From positions 1 through 16,291 of the forward strand of contig JAYVCD010000457.1 of the NCBI GenBank assembly GCA_043750125.1: a DNA stretch of 16,291 nt. The letters are read 5' to 3'. The first letter of the stretch is position 1. Each line of letters starts with the position of its first letter. Source of the stretch: Archangiaceae bacterium (GTDB taxonomy: Bacteria > Myxococcota > Myxococcia > Myxococcales > Myxococcaceae). Below are positions 7,921-16,021 of this stretch, one piece after another. The position numbers were made by a program, and so were the translations under genes. A model generated the notes under the pieces. The model saw only the letters and a list, made by a program, of their open reading frames with translations, searched no databases and was not told the DNA's origin.

Positions 7921-10124
7921 GGACAGGTGCCGGTGAACATCGGGCTGATGATGCCAGCGTCGGCCAGGCACGCAGTGAGGATGTTGAAGCGGATGCGGCC
8001 GACCGAGGCGCCGCCGCCGCCGCCCCCGCCGTTTCGGCCCCCGCCGCTCGCCCCCGGCAAGCCGACCGTCGAAGGGGTGGCCCAGACGGCTCCCAGGCCG
8101 CCGTTGCCGCCGCGGGCCGAGCCGCCCGCCCCCCCCAGAGCGACCTGAACATTCAAGATGTGTCCGTCTTCGCCGGCATCGCCAGGCTGCAGGTCTTGAG
8201 GATCTCCGTCTCCCTCGCCGCCGCCGCCGCCATGAGCGGTCAGGGTTGCCGAGCCGATCATTCGCAGAGCGTTGGCTTCGAGCAGGATTGCGCCCCCGCT
8301 TCCGGCCCCCCCGCCGCCGGCGTTGAGGTCGTCGTTGCTGTTTCCGCCTGCGCCGCCGCGCCCCGGCGCCGCCAGGGAACCCGAGACCGACAGCGAGCCC
8401 GCGACGGAAAGCTGGAACGCGCCGCCTCCGGTGCCGCCGGGTGCATTCGTGGCGGTCACGTTGCTGCCCCCATAGCCGCCGGGGCAGCCCCCGCGCAGAG
8501 GGACAATTTCCGCGTTGCCGTTGGCGACGGCCACGAGTCCTCCTGAACCGGTGAGGCCTGCGCCGATGCCTCCTGCGCTGGACGCCGCACCGAAGGCGCC
8601 GCCTCCACCGCCGCCCGAGGTCTGGTTTCCGGACACTCCATTGCCCCCGCGACCCAGTGTTGCGGCCACGAGGCAGTGAGGTTTGGTAGGAAAGCTCAGG
8701 GCCCCACCCGCACCGCGGGCGGTGGATCCGGGTCGGGGGCCGGCGACGATCTTCCCGTCGACCGACGCATCGCCGAAGACGGCGAGCACCACAGGGCGCA
8801 GTCCGGTGAGGTACAGCGCGCCGGCATCGGTCACGTTCAGGTTCGGCATCACGAGCACGGCGACCTCGTCTCCGCCCGGCTGGGTGCGAACGAAGACCAG
8901 GGGTCGGGGACCGCACCACGAAGCGAAGCCGCCATTGGCAGGGATGTCCGAATCGAACTCGGCGAGGCAATCGATGGACACCGAAGCATCGGGAACGGTC
9001 AGGGTGTTGGGATCGAAGTTGCTGGGCGGGAAGGGGAAGGGTGCGCCACAGGTGCCGTCGGTTCGACAAAAGCCGGCGTCGCACCTGGCGAATCGGGGAG
9101 GCGGAGCGAACTGGCAGCCGCCGTCTGTTCCGCAGCTGCCGGCTCCGGCGCAGAACGAAGCCGAAGAGCAGCTGGTGCCGGCGGGCAATGGGGTGAAGGG
9201 ACACCCGGTGCCTTCAACGCAAGCTCCCGCCGAGACAAAGCAGGGGCCGGGCGACACGCAGGCGATGGGAGTGGTCTTGATGCAGGCATTGCTGGCGCAG
9301 GTTGTCGCAAGGAAGCAGGTGGACGGGCCCGCATCGCAGGTCTGGTTGGCGCAGTCGGGGTCGGCGCAGTCGAAGAGCGTGTCCTGATCGTTGTCCATTC
9401 CGTCGGCGCAAAAGACTTCGCCCCCATCGCCACAGCTCTTGTCGGACCGGCAGATTCCCGAAGTGTTGCAAGCGACGCCGGTGGCCGCGGAGTAGCCGCA
9501 AGTTCCCCCTACACAGGTTCCTGGAACGAGCTCACATTGGGCTGGGGTGTTGCAAGCCAGCAGGGTCCCGGCGCAGCCGCCGTCCCAGAGGCAGATGTCG
9601 GTGGTGGTGCAGGGGTCGTTGTCATTGCAGCCGTGCCCCCCGCAGGAAGGATCGCTGCAATCGGCGATGAGACAGCCGCCGTCGCTGATGGGACCTGCGT
9701 CCCTGCCCGCGTCGTCGGGGCCGGCGTCCCTTCCTCCATCAACCCCCCGGCCCCGAAGGACGAGGGTGACTTCCTTGCGTCCGGGCAGATCGAGATCAAC
9801 GGGCGTCGAGGAGATCGCAGATTCAATCATCGAACCGGAGCAGTCGGCCGACGCAAAGCCGTGGGCAAATGGCACCAGCCGGCCACGAATGTCGCTGGTG
9901 CGCTCGACGCCGACGACCAGGGCATCGTCTTTGGGGCGGACGATGGCCTTGGTGTCGAAGCTGCCTGAAGCGCCTTCCTTCTGGACTCCAACGATGGCGC
10001 ACTTCGATTCCGAGCCGGCCTCGAAGACGACGTTGATTGCCAGCCCCGATCCCGTCGGGCCACAGGAACAGCCAGAGCCGAAGGCCGCAGCGATTGCCAG
10101 CAAAGCGAGTGAGCGCATCACCAT
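7917..10124 (-). CDS. Cys-rich, Gly-rich putative lipoprotein of myxobacterial type
   Basis: Signal MVMRSLALLAIAAAFGSGC; D-A/G-G linker (VDGGRDAGPDDAGRDAG); disulfide-type repeats CNDNDPCTTTDIC and CADGMDNDQDTLFDCADPDC; C-terminal domain with multiple GGGGG.G tracts. Confidence 0.8.
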   Translation of the reverse strand: MVMRSLALLAIAAAFGSGCSCGPTGSGLAINVVFEAGSESKCAIVGVQKEGASGSFDTKAIVRPKDDALVVGVERTSDIRGRLVPFAHGFASADCSGSMIESAISSTPVDLDLPGRKEVTLVLRGRGVDGGRDAGPDDAGRDAGPISDGGCLIADCSDPSCGGHGCNDNDPCTTTDICLWDGGCAGTLLACNTPAQCELVPGTCVGGTCGYSAATGVACNTSGICRSDKSCGDGGEVFCADGMDNDQDTLFDCADPDCANQTCDAGPSTCFLATTCASNACIKTTPIACVSPGPCFVSAGACVEGTGCPFTPLPAGTSCSSASFCAGAGSCGTDGGCQFAPPPRFARCDAGFCRTDGTCGAPFPFPPSNFDPNTLTVPDASVSIDCLAEFDSDIPANGGFASWCGPRPLVFVRTQPGGDEVAVLVMPNLNVTDAGALYLTGLRPVVLAVFGDASVDGKIVAGPRPGSTARGAGGALSFPTKPHCLVAATLGRGGNGVSGNQTSGGGGGGAFGAASSAGGIGAGLTGSGGLVAVANGNAEIVPLRGGCPGGYGGSNVTATNAPGGTGGGAFQLSVAGSLSVSGSLAAPGRGGAGGNSNDDLNAGGGGAGSGGAILLEANALRMIGSATLTAHGGGGGEGDGDPQDLQPGDAGEDGHILNVQVALGGAGGSARGGNGGLGAVWATPSTVGLPGASGGGRNGGGGGGGASVGRIRFNILTACLADAGIISPMFTGTCP

Positions 10125-10345
10125 GGGGATCTCACATCACGGGCAAGAAGGCCTCGAAATCCCGCCCGCCCGAGCGAGGATTCTGCACGTTTTCGACGCC
10201 TTTTGCCTGAGGGTCAATCCGCCCACACCGCGTTCACCCCGCTGCCCCGCGGTCGCCGCGGTCGATGCAGCGCCTGATCAGCAGGGGGGCGTTCAGGCAG
10301 ATCGCCAACGGGCGCTGAAGCAAGGCGAGGTTTAGGCTTGGCGGA

Positions 10346-11542
10346 ATGAAGATCTCAGCGGCGCAGGCCCGCAGGCTGCTTCTGGATGCGCAGGGGCTGT
10401 GCGCGGACCCAACACGGACGGCCAGGTCCGACACGGTGATGAAGGCGATTTCGCAGCTGGGTTTTGTTCAGCTCGATTCGATTCAACGCATCGAGCGGGC
10501 GCACCACCTGATTCTCGGGGCTCGGCTCGAGGGGTATCGGCAGTCGACCTTGCACCAGCTCGCGTTCGAGAAGCGCGCGCTGTTCGAGCATTGGACCCAT
10601 GACGCCTCGTTGATCCCCACCGAGATGTACAAAATGTGGAAGCCGCGGTTCGCACGTTGGGAAAAAAAGCTGCGGATCTCAAAGTGGTTCACCCGCCGGC
10701 TGGGCACCGGGGCCAGCGCAACGCGGGCCATCAACAATGTGCTCAGCCGCGTGACGAAGGAGGGCCCGACGCGTGCGCGTGACTTCGATCGCGGGGACCA
10801 CGGTCGCGCGACCGGGTGGTGGGACTGGACGCCCGAGAAAACGGCGCTCGAGTTTCTGTGGCACACCGGCACGCTTGCGATCACCTCGAGGGACGGTTTT
10901 GAGAAGGTCTACGACCTCGCCGAGCGCGTCTTTCCCCAGGCCCATCACGGACCCCATCCGGAACCCGAACAGCATCTGGACTGGGCCGGGCGTACGGCGC
11001 TGGAGCGACTGGGGGTCGCGACGATCAGCGAGCTGGCGGCGTTCTGGGGAGCGATCTCGCTCAGCGAAGCGGCCCAGTGGGTGAAAACGTCGATCCACCG
11101 CAAACAGTTGGTGATCGTCGATTCAGAAGCGGTCGATGGCAGCACGCGGCCGTCGTATGCGTTCGCCGACTGGAAAGATCGATTGGACCAGACGAAAGAG
11201 GCGCCGAAGAAGCTTCGGGTCCTGGCTCCGTTCGACCCCCTGATTCGCGACCGCAAGCGGTTGCAGCGGTTGTTTGGATTCGACTACCGGTTCGAAGCGT
11301 TCGTCCCGGCTCCCAGGCGAAAGTGGGGCTACTACGTATTGCCGGTGCTCGAGGGAGAACGGCTGATCGGCCGCGTGGATCCCCGCTTTGATCGCCCGAG
11401 TGGAAAGGTGGTGATTGAAGGCTTGTGGTGGGAGAGCGGAATCAAAGCGACCCCGTCTCGGCTGAGGGCGTTGGATGAAGCGCTCGGAAGAATCGGTGCG
11501 CGTCAGCTGCGGCCCGAGCGCAAGGCTTCGGTGGTGACCTGA
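10346..11542 (+). CDS. ycaQ: YcaQ/AlkZ-family (HTH_42) winged-helix DNA glycosylase, interstrand crosslink repair
   Basis: LGFVQLDSI (catalytic QxD), LFEHWTHDAS, GWWDW..K.ALE.LW..G, YDLAERV, LAPFDPLIRDR.RL.RLFGFDYR.E..VP...R.WGYYVLP. Confidence 0.9.
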   Translation: MKISAAQARRLLLDAQGLCADPTRTARSDTVMKAISQLGFVQLDSIQRIERAHHLILGARLEGYRQSTLHQLAFEKRALFEHWTHDASLIPTEMYKMWKPRFARWEKKLRISKWFTRRLGTGASATRAINNVLSRVTKEGPTRARDFDRGDHGRATGWWDWTPEKTALEFLWHTGTLAITSRDGFEKVYDLAERVFPQAHHGPHPEPEQHLDWAGRTALERLGVATISELAAFWGAISLSEAAQWVKTSIHRKQLVIVDSEAVDGSTRPSYAFADWKDRLDQTKEAPKKLRVLAPFDPLIRDRKRLQRLFGFDYRFEAFVPAPRRKWGYYVLPVLEGERLIGRVDPRFDRPSGKVVIEGLWWESGIKATPSRLRALDEALGRIGARQLRPERKASVVT

Positions 11543-11762
11543 GTTCCACCGCGGCTCGTTCGACGCGCCCAGAAAAAATTCGACGTGCGGTCGCAACCAG
11601 GCCGCCCGCCGTCATTCACTGCTGGCAGAGCACCATGGTGGACGTCACGCTGCAGTTCTTGCAGGCGGTGGCCTTGAACACCTTCGAGGTGCAGGCGAGG
11701 GCTTGATTCGCATTTGCTGGATCGCACCCGCTCGCCCCTTCATTGGATAGACAGGCAGGTGA

Positions 11763-11834
11763 TCTTCGGCGAAGAAAAAAGGCCAGGGCGCTCACCGCCC
11801 AACCCAGCTCGGCCGCCGCTGCGGAACAGCCTCC
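11763..11834 (-). other. Second MYXO-CTERM-like sorting motif
   Basis: [24 protein letters not shown], followed by 48 more codons before TGA. Confidence 0.75.
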
Positions 11835-11894
11835 AGAGCGGGCGGGCGTTTCGTTCGAGCTCCCGCCGTCCGGATTCGAACCTGCGGCGAACGG

Positions 11895-12595
11895 AAGAAC
11901 CGTGACCTGGAACGAGCAGGAGGCCATCGAGCCCGCCTGGTTGGCGACCGCGGTCACTGACGTAGTCCCCACCGGGAAGACATTGCCCGATTCCCGCGAG
12001 TAGACCGCTTCGGCCGAGCCGGCCGGGTCGACGACCACCGCGGGCGCATACTCCACGCTCGCGCCGTCCGCGCTGCTCGCTGCTGCCACGATGTCGGACG
12101 GACAGGTCACCGACAACGGACCGGTGAACGTCACCTGCACCTCGAAGGAGCAGGTCGACGCGTTTCCGGCGGCATCCGTGGCCGTCACCTGCACGGTGCT
12201 CTTTCCCAGAGGAAGAATGCTGCCCACGCTGGGCTCATAGCTGACGGTGGGGGTGGAGACCGGGTCTCCGGCCTGCGCGCTGTACGCGGCCACTGCTCCC
12301 CGGGGGTCGAGCGTGTCGAGCGCCAGGTTGGCCGGACAGGTCAGCTTTGGAACTGCGGTGTCTTTGACCGTGACGGTGAAAGTGCAGCTCGCAGCGCCGC
12401 CGTACGCATCTTTCGCGGTGGCAGTGACCGTCTTTGCTCCCATCGGAAAGCTGTCGCCGGACGCAGCGGTGTAACTCAACGACGCAGTCGTCAGAATGTC
12501 GGTTGCGGTCGCGGCCGCGTAGGTGACGTGTGCACCCGAAGTGCTCGTCGCCTGGCCCACGGTGTTGGCGGGGCACTTGAGGGTGGGCAGGGGCT
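11895..12595 (-). repeat. Three HYR-like domains, module 2
   Basis: [10 protein letters not shown]..., CPANLALDT..., CPSDIVAAA...; colinear with and similar to the module 1 HYR domains. Confidence 0.85.
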
Positions 12596-12599
12596 GCGC

Positions 12600-13100
12600 C
12601 ACCCGATTGAGTCGCCACAGGTTGATGCGGCTCATCCAAGTTCCCGCCGGGATGTCGCCCGCGGTGCCCAGCGCCACGGTCTCGATGCCGCGCACGTACC
12701 AGGTGCCGTTCGAGGGCCGCCAGACCGCGAGATCCGACCGAAGGTCTCCGTCGTAGTCGCCCGGAACCGGAATATCGCCCGCCTGCCCGTAGGCCACCGG
12801 GGGCCCTTGATGTACCAGGTGCCATTCGAGGCTCGCCACACCGCCGGGTCCGTCTTGCCATCGCCGTTGTAGTCCGACTGCACCGGGACATCGGTCGAGA
12901 TCCCCAGAGCGCCCAGGGTCAGCCCGGGCACGTACCAGGTGCCGGTCGAAGGTCGCCACAGCGCGATGTCGTAAGTCCCATCGCCCTTGTAGTCGCCGGG
13001 AACCGGAATGTCGGTCGCCGCGCCGTAGGGAGTCGCCGCCAACCCGCGGGCGCGCCAGCTCGCATCGGACGGTCGGAAGACGGCGTAGGGGTTGGGGGTG
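12600..13100 (-). repeat. Four ~40-aa FG-GAP/VCBS-like repeats, module 2 (frameshift in the third)
   Basis: [18 protein letters not shown] and DYDGDLRSD loops; ends with [17 protein letters not shown], like module 1. Confidence 0.85.
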
Positions 13101-13119
13101 TACGCCGCGGCCTTTCCGC

Positions 13120-13720
13120 CTGCCTGAACGACCATGTAATAAATCGTTTTTCCGATCAGTGGAATGAACGCCGAGATCTCAGAGGGTCGGTACATCTGGC
13201 ACGCGACCGAGTCCGGGCCTACGTGCAGCAGCACCTCGGTGGCGATTTGCCCCTGCTGCCCAGCGAGCGCGACCTCGGCCGCCGAATAGATGCCGTCGTA
13301 GTTGTTGTCATAGACGACCGGCAGATGGTCGTTCGACGTGGCCCGGCTGTTGGCGTCGACGCGCTTCAAGTACCAGCTGTACGCGCCCTGGTGATTGCCG
13401 TTGGGGATCCCGGCATAGAGAAGGTTCTCGTCGAGCAGACCCACCCGGCCATAGGTCTCGTAGAAGGTCGAGGTGGATTTCTGGGTGGGGTGGGTGGCAC
13501 CGGGGACGACTCGGGCGACGCCGTTGTAGAGAATGAGCAACACGTCGTCGTAGGCGTTCGCCGAGGTGGTTCCGTGCAAGTTGTTGCCGATGTCGACGCC
13601 GCGGATCGCCAGAACGATCGGCTGACCTGCGATCTGCGCCAGGTTCGTATGGGCGGCCATGAAGCGCAGATAGAACTGGTACTGCTGCTGCGGTGACATG
13701 TTCGCCGGCGCGAGTCGAAC
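13120..13720 (-). CDS. Domain: uncharacterised ~200-aa enzyme-like domain with His...Ser-x-x-Cys (YkuD/L,D-transpeptidase-like)
   Basis: VLAIRG...NAYDD...ATHP...[11 protein letters not shown]...[13 protein letters not shown]...F..L...YY; His codon at 13225, Cys codon at 13201. Confidence 0.5.
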
Positions 13721-13798
13721 GCCCGACGTGACGAGTTCACTCTCGACGGTCGTTTCGTCGGGCGTGGGGTTGCCGTCGATTGCAGTGAGGTCCTTTCC

Positions 13799-13858
13799 GC
13801 ACCCCGCAGTCATCAGCATCGTTACCGCGAGGATCCGCGTTTCGATCTTTCTTCGGCG
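13799..13858 (-). other. Internal lipoprotein-type signal sequence
   Basis: RRRKIETR-ILAVTMLM-TAGC (Cys codon 13801-13799), followed by the acidic linker GKDLTAIDGNPTPDETTVESEL. Confidence 0.6.
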
Positions 13859-13924
13859 CAGCAGTGCCAGCGCAGCCACCGCCCAACCTGCGACGCCCAT
13901 TCCTCCTGCTGCCGAGCAGCCTCC
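13847..13924 (-). other. Internal MYXO-CTERM / GC_trans_RRR-like sorting motif
   Basis: GGCSAAGGMGVAGWAVAALALLRRRK: Gly-Cys-Ser, a transmembrane stretch and an Arg cluster, not followed by a stop codon. Confidence 0.8.
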
Positions 13925-13989
13925 AGTGCGCTTCAAGTTGGGACCGTTGCCTTCGTTTGCGCGGCCCCCATCGGGGTTCGAAGGCGCGG

Positions 13990-14695
13990 TGAACGGCGAG
14001 ACCGTGACCTGAAAAGTGCAGGACGCGTGTTGACCGCTTTGATCCGCGACCGTGGCGGTGACGCTCGTCGTCCCAATGGGAAACACGGTGCTCGATTGCT
14101 GCGAGTAGGCCACGTCTGCCGAGCCCGCCGGGTTGAAGGCAACTGCCGGCTCGTATTCGACCGTCACTCCATCGGGGCTCTCAGCGGCCTCGGTCACGTC
14201 CGCAGGGCAGGTCACGGTCGGCAACCCGGTGAAGGCTACGTCCACCTGGAACGAGCAGCTCGACGCGTTGCCCGCTGCATCGGTGGCAGTCACCTGAACG
14301 GTGGTCGTGCCGAGGGGAAGAACGCTGCCGACGGCGGGCTCATAGCGAAGGGTGGGAGGGGTCACCGGATCGCCGGCCTGGGCGGCGTAAGCGGCGGGCG
14401 TTCCGTTGGGGTCGAGCGTGACGAGGCTCTGGTCGGCCGGGCAGGTCAGCTTCGGCGCGACGGTGTCCTTCACGGTGACGGTGAAGGTGCAGCTGGCGGA
14501 CCCGTCGTACGCGTCTTTCGCGGTGGCGGTCACCGTCGTGGGACCGAGCGGAAAAACGGCGCCCGACACCGTGGAGTACGTCAGCACCGGCCGGGTCAGA
14601 ACGTCGGTCGCCATCGCCGCCGCGTAGGTGACCTTGCCCCCGAGGGCTCCGGTCGCTTGCCCGGTGATGTTGGCCGGGCACTTGATGATGGGCAG
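13990..14695 (-). repeat. Three HYR-like Ig-fold domains, module 1
   Basis: Three copies of P.(I/L/V).CPA(N/D)...FP(L/I)G.T.V..TA.D..G...SC.F.V.V. Confidence 0.85.
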
Positions 14696-14699
14696 CGGC

Positions 14700-15450
14700 T
14701 GGGCGACGCGCTTGAGCCGCCAGAGGTTGATTCGGCTGAGCCACGTCCCGGCCGGAATGTCGCCCGGGATGCCCCACTGAAGGGTGGGCAGGCCGCGGAC
14801 GTACCAGGTGCCGTTCGACGGCCGGTACACCGCGAGGTCCGTTTTGCCGTCGCCATCGAAGTCGCCGGGAATCGGAATGTCGCCGAGCTGGCCGTACGCC
14901 ACCGAGGCGGCGCCCCGGATGTACCAGGTGCCGTTCGACGGTCGCCAGACGGCGAGTTCGGTCTTGCCATCGCCATCGAAGTCACCCGGAACGGGAATGT
15001 CTCCGGCCTGGCCGTGGACCACGGTCTCGATGCCGCGCACGTACCAGGTGCCGGTCGACGGTCGCCAGACGGCGATGTCGTCCTTCCCGTCCCCGTTGTA
15101 GTCGCCTGGAGCGGGGATATCGCCCGGCTCGCCGTAGGCCACGGTGGCGATTCCTTTGAGGTACCAGGTGCCGGTCGAGGGGCGCCACACCGCTACGTCC
15201 GTCTTGCCATCGCCGTTGTAGTCCGCCTGCACGGGGACATCGGTCGACGCACCCAAGGCGCCGAGGTTCAGCCCCGGCACGTACCAGGTGCCGGTCGAAG
15301 GTCGCCACAGGGCGATGTCGTACTTCCCCTCGCCGGTGTAATCGCCGGCAACTGGAACGTCGGTCGCCACGCCGTAGTTGCTCGCCGCCAGCCCTCGAAA
15401 GCGCCAGGTCGCATCGGAAGGGCGGAAGACGACGTAGGGGTTCGACGGGC
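14700..15450 (-). repeat. Six ~40-aa (120-nt) FG-GAP/VCBS-like repeats, module 1 (probable Ca-binding beta-propeller)
   Basis: Five D(Y/F)xG(D/E)GKx(D/E) loops and six (F/W/Y)RPSxxTW units at a 120-nt period. Confidence 0.9.
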
Positions 15451-15459
15451 GGACCAGGT

Positions 15460-16021
15460 TCCACTGTCCAAAGTCGGTGGCGATGGCTTGATCGATGTCA
15501 CAACGGCCTCCGCACGCTGCACTGTTGTTGATCTGCCGCACCTGCGCCCGCGGGTCCCAATTTCCGTAGGACCAGGCGTAGGTCTGCCAGCCAAACGTGA
15601 TCTTCCCTGCGTCGAACAGACGTTTGATGACGCCGTATGAACCGTAGGCTCCGACGCGATGGCGGCCGAGCACCGAAGCGGCTCCGTCCATGAACGCGTT
15701 GACCGACCCCTGCTGATAGGGCTGGGCGTCGAAGTCGATTGAAAAATAGAGCGGCCGGGTGGCGCGCATCCCTGCCGCCAGCGCGAGGGCCGAGCCGACC
15801 TGCGCGGCGTGAACGCCCGACGCGAAGCCGTTCATGATCTCTTGATTCCCGTCGTTCTCCCAGTTCGCGACCACGTCGACGCCCGCCGCGACCAATGACT
15901 GAGCTTCGCTGTGGGTGATGTTCTTGGCCGAGGAGTCGCTGACGTAACGCGAGGCAAAGGTGTAGCCGGCCGCGCGAATCGAAGCCGGAGACGGCCGCGC
16001 GAACGAGTAGTCGACACCCAA
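15460..16021 (-). CDS. Domain: DUF1906 / Rv2525c-like (GH25-like TIM barrel) putative peptidoglycan glycoside hydrolase
   Basis: GVDYS.ARP, GY.F..RY, KNIT..EA, VVANWE, PLYFSIDFD, VGAYGS, WQT.AWS.G, CDID motifs. Confidence 0.85.

Noticed and set aside
7921-9204. 5' two-thirds of the 604-aa ORF 7390..9204
   Set aside because: Arg-rich off-frame reading of the Gly-rich gene; only 7390-7920 looks like a real protein.
10183-10199. Myxobacterial LexA box upstream of ycaQ
   Set aside because: CTGCACGTTT fits only the left part of the consensus as I recall it; the GTTCAG part is missing.
11559-11588. Direct repeat TTCGACG(C/T)GC at 20-nt spacing, with TTCGACGC also at 10192-10199
   Set aside because: Short, lies between convergent gene ends, and no mobile-element gene is present; likely chance.
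13898-13907. AGGAGG next to an in-frame ATG (13900) as an internal start for module 2
   Set aside because: Only 1 nt separates it from the ATG, and it simply encodes Ala-Gly-Gly; not fully excluded.
12600-15450. Regularly spaced GTACCAGGTGCCG repeats as a CRISPR array or DGR template/variable repeat
   Set aside because: The 120-nt in-frame period encodes GTWY protein repeats and the intervening sequences are homologous to each other. There is no cas or reverse transcriptase gene in the window, and differences are not adenine-specific.
331-15640. Many long alternative-frame or antisense ORFs (e.g. 331-1272+, 1762-3402+, 1778-3106-, 4526-5521+, 6584-7804+, 8676-9968+, 14027-15640+)
   Set aside because: They overlap well-supported genes and are Arg/Gly/Ala-rich without motifs, as expected for shadow ORFs in high-GC DNA.
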